Part shown: piece after piece, positions 26,651 to 35,856 of the stretch
Layout of the letters: the number at the start of each line of letters is the position of its first letter
Position numbering within the stretch: position 1 is the first letter of the stretch
Assembly: GCA_946407725.1 (NCBI GenBank)
Contig: CAMJPM010000004.1
Location: forward strand, 6,488-70,487
From: an uncultured Lachnospiraceae bacterium
GTDB lineage: Bacteria; Bacillota; Clostridia; Lachnospirales; Lachnospiraceae
DNA length: 64,000 nucleotides
Reading direction: 5' to 3'
Program-made: the position numbers and the translations under genes
The notes under the pieces: model-generated
What the model was told of the DNA's origin: nothing
Database searches by the model: none
The model's input: the letters and a program-made list of their open reading frames with translations, nothing else

Positions 26651-27724
26651 ATGCTTATAAAAAATCCTAAAAAATACATAAGCGGTGCCGGGGTCATCAG
26701 GGAAGCCGGAACCCATATTAAGGAATTTTGTAAAAAGCCTTTGATAATAGGCGGGAAACGCGCCCTTGACGCGGCTCTCGACCCTCTCCTTAAAAGCATG
26801 AAGGAAAACGGGACAGACCCTGTCCGGACAGAGGTTTTTTCCGGATATCCGTCAAAGCGGCAGTTTGAATACTACGAGGGACTTATAAGGGAAAGCATGG
26901 CCGACGGGGTGATAGTCCTCGGAGGGGGAAGGGCTATAGATACGGCTAAGGCTGCAGCTGAGAGAGCCGGCAGAGGAGTCATAGCAATACCCACGGTAGC
27001 CGCAACATGCGCTTCCTGGGCGGCCCTTGTCATAGAATATGATGACAGGGGAGCATATACGGGACGGATAGTGTTAAAGGATTCTCCTCTTCTTGTGATA
27101 GCGGATACGGAAATACTCCTTTCCACACCTGAAAGGTATCTCTTTTCCGGAGTGGTGGATACCTTCGCCAAATACTATGAGACCCGGCATGTATTTCTTA
27201 CCGATCAAAGGGCCATGCATATGGATCTTTCCCTCCATGCATCAGAGATCGCTTTTGACAGACTGGAAGAGAATACCTTCCGTGCCCTATTTGAAGGAAA
27301 GAAGGGGGTTTTCGGACAGGCGGCAAAGGATGTGGTGGATTCCGTAATCTATCTTGCAGGCTTTGCGGGAGCTTTTCAGGAAAAGACAGGAGGCTACTGT
27401 TTTGCCCATCCCTTTTACCATACCTCCACAAGGTATATGGGACAGGACAGAAAGATGCACGGTGAGATAGTATCCTTCGGGATAATGACCCAGCTTTTTC
27501 TGGAGGGAAGGAACCCGGATGAGATAAGGGAAACACTGGAGATATTTAAGAAGTATGATAACGTATTCACGTTAAAAGACTTAGGCCTTGACAGGGATGA
27601 CAGGGATATGCTTTTAGCCCTGTCGGAGGAGATAAAAAGGGAGTTTGACCATGTAAGCTTTGAGGCGGCTTCCATAACAGAAGCAATGCTGGAAGCGGAT
27701 CTTCTGGCAGAGAGTATAAAATAA
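26651..27724 (+). CDS. Glycerol-dehydrogenase-like (group III Fe/Zn alcohol dehydrogenase family) oxidoreductase
   Basis: LGGGRAIDTAKAAA and IPTVAATCASWAALVIEYDDRGAY parallel GldA. Putative metal ligands VVDTFAKYYE, FAHPFYH and HGEIVSFG. Confidence 0.65.
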   Translation: MLIKNPKKYISGAGVIREAGTHIKEFCKKPLIIGGKRALDAALDPLLKSMKENGTDPVRTEVFSGYPSKRQFEYYEGLIRESMADGVIVLGGGRAIDTAKAAAERAGRGVIAIPTVAATCASWAALVIEYDDRGAYTGRIVLKDSPLLVIADTEILLSTPERYLFSGVVDTFAKYYETRHVFLTDQRAMHMDLSLHASEIAFDRLEENTFRALFEGKKGVFGQAAKDVVDSVIYLAGFAGAFQEKTGGYCFAHPFYHTSTRYMGQDRKMHGEIVSFGIMTQLFLEGRNPDEIRETLEIFKKYDNVFTLKDLGLDRDDRDMLLALSEEIKREFDHVSFEAASITEAMLEADLLAESIK

Positions 27725-27775
27725 GCGGGCCTTAAATGGCGTGGCTCTCAGAATAATAGAAAAGAGGATGGGATT

Positions 27776-28762
27776 ATGAAGAAATCATTGAAAACAGGTT
27801 TATGCATTCTGCTTGTATTAATTGCGGTTTTTACCTCTGCGTGTTCAAAGGGTGCGGAAAGCGGAAGCGCCGGTGATGAAGAGATCACTATTAACTATCA
27901 GTCCAGCATAGGTTATGCGCCACTTCTGGTAATGAAGGAAAAGGGTCTTATTGAAAAGGCCTATGGCGGAAACATAAAGGTAAACTGGGTGGAAATGAGC
28001 AACGGAGCTGAGGTTAACGAGGCCATTATCTCGGGAAACCTGGATGTGGGAAGCATGGGAGTTCCGGTGGCCATAACCGGTATCATGGCGGGAAGCCCTT
28101 ACAGGATAGCCTTCGGTCTTGCGGCCCAGCCCTATGCCATACTTTCAAACAAGCCTGAAATAAAGAAGCTCTCAGATATAAAGAGTGACGACCAGATAGC
28201 CATTACGAATATCAACAGCCAGCCCCATATCCTTCTTGCAATGGCGGCGAAGGCAGAGCTGGGGGATGCAAGGGCGCTTGACAACAATCTCACCAAGCTT
28301 GGAAATGCGGACGGTTACGCAGCTATGTTATCCGGTGCGGTTCCCTGTCATATGGTCATCTCTCCCTATAATTTTATGGAGACCACAAATGAGGAGGCGG
28401 ATATACATGAGCTGGAGATAGATCCCAATATCTGGCCTCCGGAGAACACGGCCCTTGTTTCGGTAGTTTCAGAAAGCCTTAAAAATGACAGGCCTAAGGT
28501 GTATGAGGCAATACTCACGGCGTTAAAAGAGGCGGATGATTTTATTAAAACAAACCCCGAAGAGACAGCAAAGATCCTTTCCGAAGGATACGACGCCTCT
28601 GCGGAGGATATTCTGAAATGGATGCAGGATGAAAGGTCATCTTATTCACCGGAGCTTAGGGGAGTAATGAAGATGGCGGACTTTATGGTGGAGGAAGGAT
28701 TCCTGGATAAGGGTCCTATCTCCATAAGCGAGCTTGTATACGATGGTGTAAAGGGCGATTGA
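27776..28762 (+). CDS. ABC-transporter substrate-binding lipoprotein, NMT1/SsuA/TauA-like
   Basis: Signal peptide with a lipobox-like FTSAC. INYQSSIGYAPLLVMKEKGL is typical of NitT/TauT-family binding proteins. Confidence 0.7.
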   Translation: MKKSLKTGLCILLVLIAVFTSACSKGAESGSAGDEEITINYQSSIGYAPLLVMKEKGLIEKAYGGNIKVNWVEMSNGAEVNEAIISGNLDVGSMGVPVAITGIMAGSPYRIAFGLAAQPYAILSNKPEIKKLSDIKSDDQIAITNINSQPHILLAMAAKAELGDARALDNNLTKLGNADGYAAMLSGAVPCHMVISPYNFMETTNEEADIHELEIDPNIWPPENTALVSVVSESLKNDRPKVYEAILTALKEADDFIKTNPEETAKILSEGYDASAEDILKWMQDERSSYSPELRGVMKMADFMVEEGFLDKGPISISELVYDGVKGD

Positions 28763-28763
28763 G

Positions 28764-29531
28764 ATGAATAAAAAGCTGTGCGCACAGATAGCCTTTCTGG
28801 TTTTTATCCTTATTCTGTGGCAGATACTCTACAGTATGCATATATGGCCGGAGCTTTTATTCCCCTCTGTTTCCATGATCGGAGATGCATTTATCAGGGC
28901 GTTTACGGAACGTGAGCTGGGAGTGATGATATTGCATTCCTTAAGGCTTCTGATCGAGGGACTTTTTATCGGGGTGGTCTTTGCTTTTATCCTGTCCAGT
29001 CTTTTTGCGATCAACGAGAACCTTTCCGCCATTTACAACATGCTGGTCTGCATGTTTGACCTGATCCCGGGAATTGCGCTGATACCCGTTGCCATACTCT
29101 GGCTGGGGATAGGAGATGAAGCCATCATCTTCATGGTGGTGCACTCCGTGATCTGGCCCATGTCAAGGAGCATAATAGACGGCTTTAAGGCTGTTCCGAA
29201 GATATATACGGAAGTCGGAAAGAATATGGGGCTGTATGGCGCGAAGCTTATTTTCGGGGTCTATTTACCAGCGTCCTTTGAGCGGCTGTTCTCCGGTATC
29301 AAGGTAGGCTGGGCCCGGGCATGGAGAGGGCTTATCAGTGCCGAAATGGTATTCGGGGGAGGAAGTGCTCTCGGAATCGGTTACTATATTACAGACAGAC
29401 GCACAAATCTGGATATTTCCGGTATTTTTGCCACCATCATAGTGATAATACTTATAGGTATCGTGGTGGAATACGGTATTTTCAGGGTTATTGAGAAGAA
29501 TACGGTGGTCAAATGGGGGATGGTACATTGA
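28764..29531 (+). CDS. ABC-transporter permease (NitT/TauT family)
   Basis: 255 aa with about 6 TM segments and an EAA-like loop (TEVGKNMGLYGAKLIFGVYLPAS). Confidence 0.8.
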   Translation: MNKKLCAQIAFLVFILILWQILYSMHIWPELLFPSVSMIGDAFIRAFTERELGVMILHSLRLLIEGLFIGVVFAFILSSLFAINENLSAIYNMLVCMFDLIPGIALIPVAILWLGIGDEAIIFMVVHSVIWPMSRSIIDGFKAVPKIYTEVGKNMGLYGAKLIFGVYLPASFERLFSGIKVGWARAWRGLISAEMVFGGGSALGIGYYITDRRTNLDISGIFATIIVIILIGIVVEYGIFRVIEKNTVVKWGMVH

Positions 29532-30298
29532 GTACGGAGCCTATTTTACATATAGAAAATCTCCATAAGGAGTACGATAATCCTGTTACCCTGGTGTTAA
29601 ATAATGTGAGCTTTGATCTTTTCAGGGAGGATTTCCTCTGTATCCTCGGACCTTCGGGATGCGGAAAGTCAACACTTATAAGATGTATAGCTGGGTTTGA
29701 AAAATACAGTGGGACCATAGAGGTGGACGGCAAAAGGGTTGAAAGCCCCGGATCGGACAGGACCATGGTATTTCAGGATTTTAACCAGCTTTTTCCCTGG
29801 ATCACGGTCATCAATAACATAGCCTATCCTCTTAAGATAAACGGAATGAAGGATAAAGCCGAACGCCTCAAAAAGGCGGAAACATACCTTAACAAGGTGG
29901 GACTTTCGGAGTACAGGGATTACTATCCACACCAGCTTTCCGGGGGCATGAAGCAGAGGGTGGCCATAGCGAGAGCCATGGCGCTGGGATCCAGGATCAT
30001 CCTTATGGACGAACCCTTTGCCGCACTGGATGCCATGAGCCGTAACCAGATGCAGGACGAGCTTTTGCGCATAAAAGAAGGCGAGGGAATGACGGTGCTT
30101 TTCATTACCCATAACATCCAGGAAGCTATCACACTGGGGAACCGTATCATGGTGATGGGAAATTCAGGCAACATAATCGAACATATGGAAAATCCCATAG
30201 AGAAACCGGTGACTCCGGCTTCTCCGGGATATAGTGAGCTATGGAAGCATTTAAACCGGCTTTTACGAAATGAATGTCAGCTGGAGAAAGGCCAATGA
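29513..30298 (+). CDS. ABC-transporter ATP-binding protein (NitT/TauT family)
   Basis: Walker A GPSGCGKST, signature LSGGMKQRVAIARA, Walker B ILMDEPFAALD. Confidence 0.9.
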   Translation: MGDGTLSTEPILHIENLHKEYDNPVTLVLNNVSFDLFREDFLCILGPSGCGKSTLIRCIAGFEKYSGTIEVDGKRVESPGSDRTMVFQDFNQLFPWITVINNIAYPLKINGMKDKAERLKKAETYLNKVGLSEYRDYYPHQLSGGMKQRVAIARAMALGSRIILMDEPFAALDAMSRNQMQDELLRIKEGEGMTVLFITHNIQEAITLGNRIMVMGNSGNIIEHMENPIEKPVTPASPGYSELWKHLNRLLRNECQLEKGQ

Positions 30299-30299
30299 A

Positions 30300-31613
30300 A
30301 TGAGTGTTTACGAAGATATTGTCAATAAGAGATCAAAACTTGCCCTTGTGGGTCTGGGATATGTGGGAATGCCCATAGCGGTGGCTTTTTCCTCCCATGT
30401 TGACACCATAGGCTTTGATATCAATGAAGAAAAGATACGTAAATACAGGGATGGCTTTGACCCCACCAATGAAGTGGGAAGCGAGGTCATTAAAAAATGT
30501 ACCGTAGATTTTACTTCCGATGAGAAAAAGCTGAAGGAAGCATCCTTTATCATAGTAGCGGTGCCCACCCCGGTCAATCACGATCATACACCGGATCTTT
30601 CACCTGTGGAGGGGGCGAGCCATGTGGTGGGGAGGAACCTTCAGAAGGGCAGCATAGTGGTCTATGAATCCACAGTCTATCCTGGTGTTACCGAGGATAT
30701 CTGCGTTCCCATACTGGAAGAGGAGTCGGGTTTAAAGTGCGGTGTTGATTTTAAAATCGGTTATTCACCGGAGAGGATAAACCCCGGCGACAAGGTGCAC
30801 AGACTGGAGACCATAACAAAGATCGTATCCGGAATGGATGAGGAGTGCTTAAACGATATAGCGGCCATGTACAGTCTGGTGGTAAAAGCCGGCGTTTACA
30901 GGGCTGAGAGCATAAAGGTTGCTGAGGCTGCGAAGGTTATAGAAAACAGCCAGAGGGATATCAATATCGCCTTTATGAACGAGCTCTCCATGATATTTAA
31001 TAAAATGGGCATAGATACCCTTTCCGTATTAAAGGCCGCGGGAACAAAATGGAATTTCTTAAGCTTCAGGCCCGGTCTGGTGGGGGGCCACTGTATAGGC
31101 ATAGATCCCTATTATCTTACATACAAAGCTGAAGAGCTGGGCTACCATAGCCGGATAATCCTGTCCGGCCGCCGTATCAACGATGATATGGGTAAGTACG
31201 TGGCGGAGTGTCTGGTTAAAAATCTTATAAAAGCAGATAAGCCGGTGAAGGGCGCAAAGGTGGCTATACTTGGGTTCACCTTTAAGGAGAACTGTCCGGA
31301 CACCAGAAATACAAAGGTCATAGATATAGTGAACGAACTCCGGGAATACGGCATAGAGCCCCTGATAAGCGATCCGGAGGCGGACAGTGCGGAGGCAAAG
31401 GCGCTCTACGGCATTGATTTCACATCCTTGCCGGAGATAAAGGACTGTGACGCCGTTATACTTGCGGTTTGCCACAGCGCCTTTGAAAAACTTAAAGAAA
31501 AGGATTACCGCAGACTCTTCAAAAAAGAGGGTTCTATGGTTCTTTCCGATGTAAAGGGCATGTTGGACAGGAAAGAATTCGAGGAAAAAGGATATATTTA
31601 CTGGAGACTGTAA
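30300..31613 (+). CDS. UDP-N-acetylhexosamine 6-dehydrogenase (TviB/WbpO/Cap5O-like nucleotide-sugar dehydrogenase)
   Basis: LALVGLGYVGMPIAVAF, catalytic GGHCIGIDPYYL, and C-terminal FKENCPDTRN. ATG 30300 lies just after the ABC ATPase stop. Confidence 0.85.
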   Translation: MSVYEDIVNKRSKLALVGLGYVGMPIAVAFSSHVDTIGFDINEEKIRKYRDGFDPTNEVGSEVIKKCTVDFTSDEKKLKEASFIIVAVPTPVNHDHTPDLSPVEGASHVVGRNLQKGSIVVYESTVYPGVTEDICVPILEEESGLKCGVDFKIGYSPERINPGDKVHRLETITKIVSGMDEECLNDIAAMYSLVVKAGVYRAESIKVAEAAKVIENSQRDINIAFMNELSMIFNKMGIDTLSVLKAAGTKWNFLSFRPGLVGGHCIGIDPYYLTYKAEELGYHSRIILSGRRINDDMGKYVAECLVKNLIKADKPVKGAKVAILGFTFKENCPDTRNTKVIDIVNELREYGIEPLISDPEADSAEAKALYGIDFTSLPEIKDCDAVILAVCHSAFEKLKEKDYRRLFKKEGSMVLSDVKGMLDRKEFEEKGYIYWRL

Positions 31614-31614
31614 A

Positions 31615-32391
31615 ATGGACAAATATAATATCATGTGGACCGGAGGACTGGATTCCACATATACCATGGTTGTTTATTCAAGACATGAGGCATTGCTGCA
31701 GCCTTATTATTTCATAAACGGGAGAAAGTCAGAAAAGTATGAGCTCTCTGCCATGAAGGAGATCACGGAGCTTTTAAAGGCTGATCCTAAGACAAGGGCA
31801 GAGATACTGCCGCTCATTCTTATTGAATCCGGAGACGTCCCCGATGACCCTGAGGTTAAAGAGGCATACAGGGAGCTTAAGAAAAAGTCGGGGATCGGAA
31901 GCCAGTATGACTGGATAGCGAGATATGCAAGGGGTAAGGGGTTAAAAGGACTTATTTATTCCCCTGCCAGAGCCCTGTCTGATTCTACTAAGTTCAGAAC
32001 CTGTGTGGAGTCAAATGGCAGAGCGATAAAGCAGGTGAATGGCATCGGACGTACATTCTATACCATAGATATGGAAAACAGTTCTGAGGCGCTGAAGCTG
32101 ATATTCGGAGACTTTATCATCTCAGAAACCTATGATCTTACGAAGGTTGATGAGGAAAGGAACTTAAGGGATATGGGCTGTACCGCAATTCTGGAAAAGA
32201 CCTGGTTCTGCCACACTCCCGTGCTTGGGCGTCCCTGCGGCTACTGTCATCCCTGCGAGCAAACCGTTGAATCGGGACAGACATGGCGCTTTACAGCAGC
32301 CCAGCTTAAGCGCTATGAGCAGCATAAGGCCGGGGTTTCACCGCTCAGGATCCGTATAGGAAGTTATATGGATGCGCTGCTTGGAAAATGA
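31615..32391 (+). CDS. QueC-like PP-loop ATP pyrophosphatase, paralog 2
   Basis: IMWTGGLDSTYT and WFCHTPVLGRPCGYCHPC, the same architecture as 25842-26645. Starts 2 nt after the dehydrogenase stop. Confidence 0.6.
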   Translation: MDKYNIMWTGGLDSTYTMVVYSRHEALLQPYYFINGRKSEKYELSAMKEITELLKADPKTRAEILPLILIESGDVPDDPEVKEAYRELKKKSGIGSQYDWIARYARGKGLKGLIYSPARALSDSTKFRTCVESNGRAIKQVNGIGRTFYTIDMENSSEALKLIFGDFIISETYDLTKVDEERNLRDMGCTAILEKTWFCHTPVLGRPCGYCHPCEQTVESGQTWRFTAAQLKRYEQHKAGVSPLRIRIGSYMDALLGK

Positions 32392-32399
32392 CATACGGT

Positions 32400-33359
32400 T
32401 CAGAGCCGGATCATTTTTCCCAGCATTTCGTCGGTACCCTCCGGGATCCAGGTACACTGTCCGCTGGAGGGAGTGAAGGTCATTTCACCGAATTTAATAT
32501 CACCGTTGTCCAGATGGTAGAGATCCACCCTTACATAGGGGAAACCCTTACAAAGTATTTCAGCCAGTTCCTTAAGCTTATCATAGTTTAGGGGCTTTTC
32601 CGGCAGAGTCTCGCAGAGCGGATAGGCATTGGTCCTGTATGGAAGGAGCTTCCAATCCATATCGAAGAACGCCAGTCTTGCGCTGCCTGAACGCCCTCCT
32701 ATGTATTCACAGCAGACAGGAACTCCGTTAAAACAGTGAAATTTATAATCTATCAGATCTTTTCCGTTATTTATAAGGAATTCCTCGGCGATTATCCTCC
32801 GCCGGATCCCATGATACTGCATCTGAAAACCGAATCTGTATGAAAAGTCATAGGCCATCCAGCGGCGGAAAGCCTCCCCGGCCTTTTTTTTATTGAGAGA
32901 TGCCTTGTCTGTCACAATGAGGTTTGTCCTGCAGGCGTGGTTTGTCTTTAACACAAAGCTGTCGGGAAGAGCGTCAAAATCTATATCATTGAAGCTGTCC
33001 CAGACCCCTAAAAGGGGGATAAGGTATTCTTCTCCGATCTTTTCCTTTATCCAGTCCCGTACCAGATATTTATCGGAGAGACGGGTCATTTCATCAGTTA
33101 CACCGTAGAGCTTTATCCAGTTTATCTTGTCGCACCAGGTCCGGGGAGGGGAAAGATTGAGTTTTCTCCCGTTGCAGACCCGGAACCACCGTTTCAGCGC
33201 CAGAGGGCGAAGAGGCTTCGGAGTGAGCTTTTCCCCGTAATAGGACAAAAATGTTTTCAGTTTTCTCACAGTGCTTTTCCCGGGCATTTTTATACCTGCC
33301 TTAAACTGTTTTGCCGGAGAACACCGGTCCGCTACATTATAGTATGATTTACGTTTCAA
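32400..33359 (-). CDS. TupA-like ATP-grasp amidoligase, paralog 2 (the only well-supported minus-strand gene in the window)
   Basis: DKINWIKLYG, LIPLLGVWDSFNDIDFDALPDSFVLKTNHACRTNLIV, DYKFHCFNG and GEMTFTPSSG align with 19921-20859. The start could instead be the internal ATG at 33287. Confidence 0.75.
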   Translation of the reverse strand: MKRKSYYNVADRCSPAKQFKAGIKMPGKSTVRKLKTFLSYYGEKLTPKPLRPLALKRWFRVCNGRKLNLSPPRTWCDKINWIKLYGVTDEMTRLSDKYLVRDWIKEKIGEEYLIPLLGVWDSFNDIDFDALPDSFVLKTNHACRTNLIVTDKASLNKKKAGEAFRRWMAYDFSYRFGFQMQYHGIRRRIIAEEFLINNGKDLIDYKFHCFNGVPVCCEYIGGRSGSARLAFFDMDWKLLPYRTNAYPLCETLPEKPLNYDKLKELAEILCKGFPYVRVDLYHLDNGDIKFGEMTFTPSSGQCTWIPEGTDEMLGKMIRL

Positions 33360-33410
33360 AACAATCCTGAAGGAGTTTGGATCGGGTTTCTGTATATTTA
33401 TTCCGGGATA

Positions 33411-33419
33411 TGTTATAAT
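33411..33419 (+). promoter_or_regulatory. Extended -10 box TGTTATAAT in the divergent intergenic region
   Basis: TGnTATAAT 45 nt upstream of ATG 33464. Confidence 0.35.
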
Positions 33420-33463
33420 ACATTAACCTGTTAATGAAAAGTTACCGAAAGGAGCCGTGTCTG

Positions 33464-34336
33464 ATGGCATCATATTTCAAGAGAGTTTTTAAGCCCAGTA
33501 TCAGGGAGTATCTGTATGTGATACCGGGAAAAAAGTCTTTTTTCGGCTGTTTAAGACTGTTGTGGGGACTTGTAAAACCCTATGGGGTAACGTACCCTGA
33601 TGTGGTGGTGGTGCTCACCACACATTGTTCGCTTAAATGCGCAAAATGCAACAACCTGATGCCCTGCTATAAGGAGCCTTATCATATTCCGGCTGCGGAA
33701 GTGCTGCGTGATATTGATATCCTTCTGTCCCATACCGATAATTGCATTAAACTGGAGCTTCTGGGAGGAGAGCCCTTTGTCTATCCGGAGATAAATGAAG
33801 TTATTGACGGAGTAAAGAAATATAAGAATGTGATGTGTGTGGCTTTTACCACAAACGCTACAGTGATCCCCTCTGATGAGACCCTGAAAAAGATTGCCTC
33901 CCTCAAAAACAAAAAGGTCGTAATAAGCGATTACGGCGTAAAGACCCAGAAGGTGGAGGAATTCATGAAAACCTGCAGGAAATACGGCATTCCCTGCGCC
34001 CGCTCAGTTTCAAAATACTGGGCAGATCCGGGAGGAACGGAGTGCAGGAATAAATCGAAGGAGCAGCTTTCCATAGAGTATAATAAATGCTACAGCGCCA
34101 GATATTGCAGGACTATGCTGAACGGAAAGGTGTACGCCTGCGCAAGGTCTGCATCCCTTACCGATCTCGGGCTTATGGACGGCAGCCATGACAGCTTTGA
34201 TGTAAGAAAAAAGAGAAGTGACAGGGAGTTCAGAAAAGGCTTCCGGAAATTCCTGACACTTGATTATGCGGATGCATGTAATTACTGTGATCATTATCTT
34301 GCAAAGCATATTCCCGCGGGAGAACAGCTTCCATGA
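33464..34336 (+). CDS. Radical SAM protein with a Cys-rich C-terminal region
   Basis: CSLKCAKC (CX3CX2C), GGEPFVYPE, and further Cys motifs CYSARYC, YACARS and CNYCDH. AAGGAG lies 9 nt before ATG 33464; the ORF-track start is 33434. Confidence 0.7.
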   Translation: MASYFKRVFKPSIREYLYVIPGKKSFFGCLRLLWGLVKPYGVTYPDVVVVLTTHCSLKCAKCNNLMPCYKEPYHIPAAEVLRDIDILLSHTDNCIKLELLGGEPFVYPEINEVIDGVKKYKNVMCVAFTTNATVIPSDETLKKIASLKNKKVVISDYGVKTQKVEEFMKTCRKYGIPCARSVSKYWADPGGTECRNKSKEQLSIEYNKCYSARYCRTMLNGKVYACARSASLTDLGLMDGSHDSFDVRKKRSDREFRKGFRKFLTLDYADACNYCDHYLAKHIPAGEQLP

Positions 34337-35856
34337 CTGACAGGGTCAGAAAATATATAACAGAAAAACAGTGGGTTATTTATGCCACTCTGGCGGCATT
34401 TCAGCTCATGTTCATGTTCTGGCAGTGCGGAAAACAGTCCATGTGGTTAGATGAGATGTCATTTCTCGGAACCATTACAAAGGACAAATCGGTATCGGAT
34501 ATCCTGAATCAGTATCTCATGAAGGATATTACAAATCTTCCGTTATTTCCACTTATGGCAGCCCTGTGGTACCGGATACTTCCGGCAAATGACAGACTGA
34601 TGCTTCTTCTGCCGGAGCTTCTTACCGCCCTTTCCCTTGTGGTAACGGCCATGCTTGCGGAGAGCTCCTTTGGTAAAAAAGAGGGGATCATATCAGCCAT
34701 CCTCATGCTTATTTCGCTCCGGGCAGTGTTAAACTGCGGTTTCGAATTGAGGTCTTATGCCTGCATGCTCTTTTTCAGCTCCCTGATGCTGCTCTTTTAT
34801 TATCGCAGGGGCACCGAAAGGAATGAGGGTTCCGGAGAAAACCGGAAAAATGAGATCCTGTTTTTCATGTCCATGCTTCTTCTCCTTTTCACCCATTATT
34901 CGGGAACTATCCTCACAGGCATTCTGGGATTTTTTGATCTTATTAAGGTGATAAAGGGAAAACATGGGGTCAAAAGGCTTTTTCCTTATTTTTTATCCGT
35001 ATTTCTTTTTTTACCATGGTTTATTCTCATGCTGATAAAGAGGGAAAAGAGCATAACATCCTTCTGGAAAAGCCCCCCTGCCATTCCGGATATAGCACGG
35101 ACATACAAATACCTGCTGTCAGGTAACGAAGCGGTTTTTATAGTATACCTGCTGACTGCGATCCTTACTGTATGTATCCTGATAAGGTGCGTCTTATTTA
35201 AGAGAGAGGCAGAAAGACGGGATATCATCTCTTTTGAAATGCTTCTTTCAGCTTTCCTGATGATAGGGGCTGTATTTGTCTACAGTGCGGTCATCAATCC
35301 GGGGGGAGGCTTTTTTGTGAAGAGATATTTTATAGTGCTTCTTCCGGAGGTAATAGCTGTATCCTCTTACGGGATGGTGAGGACAGGAGACTTTTTCACA
35401 TCGGTAAAAACCCCTGAGGAGAAAAACCTGTTCTTTGCCGTAGCAGCTTTGTTTATCCTTATCTATTTCGGCTTTATCAATCTCTCCGAGATCCGGGAAA
35501 CCTCCGGAACGAGCTGGGAAACCTTCAGGGAAGCGGCCTCTTATGTGAGAGAACAGGGGATACTGGAGGATGAAGGAAATGCGGCTCTCGTGTGCTCCGT
35601 AAATGAAAGGGCCACCGCAGGATTTGCGGAATATTATGTAAGGCATGGGGGAAAATATAAAGAGATCCCCGCTATCAGTCTCCAGGGAAATGATCCGGTG
35701 ACGGAGATGAAAAAATATGACAGGCTTTATCTTGTTTATGTTCACAGGGATCTTAGTGATCTGGATCCCCTTATCACGGAGACCCTGGAAAAGGAATACC
35801 GCCTTAAGGAGGAAAACGAGCCGGTAAGAGCAGCTGTATATGAAAGAAAAAAGTAA
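34333..35856 (+). CDS. Polytopic GT-C-like membrane glycosyltransferase (GT39/ArnT/PMT_2-like)
   Basis: About 11 TM segments, first-loop acidic motif MWLDEMSF, and a C-terminal soluble domain. ATGA overlap with the radical SAM gene. Confidence 0.55.
   Translation: MTDRVRKYITEKQWVIYATLAAFQLMFMFWQCGKQSMWLDEMSFLGTITKDKSVSDILNQYLMKDITNLPLFPLMAALWYRILPANDRLMLLLPELLTALSLVVTAMLAESSFGKKEGIISAILMLISLRAVLNCGFELRSYACMLFFSSLMLLFYYRRGTERNEGSGENRKNEILFFMSMLLLLFTHYSGTILTGILGFFDLIKVIKGKHGVKRLFPYFLSVFLFLPWFILMLIKREKSITSFWKSPPAIPDIARTYKYLLSGNEAVFIVYLLTAILTVCILIRCVLFKREAERRDIISFEMLLSAFLMIGAVFVYSAVINPGGGFFVKRYFIVLLPEVIAVSSYGMVRTGDFFTSVKTPEEKNLFFAVAALFILIYFGFINLSEIRETSGTSWETFREAASYVREQGILEDEGNAALVCSVNERATAGFAEYYVRHGGKYKEIPAISLQGNDPVTEMKKYDRLYLVYVHRDLSDLDPLITETLEKEYRLKEENEPVRAAVYERKK

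Noticed and set aside
31059-31667. 202-aa minus-strand ORF, plus similar ones at 4413-4976, 35248-35907, 39175-39840, 15226-15774 and 58097-58636
   Set aside because: All are embedded antisense in + strand genes with clear family motifs. No independent signals support them.
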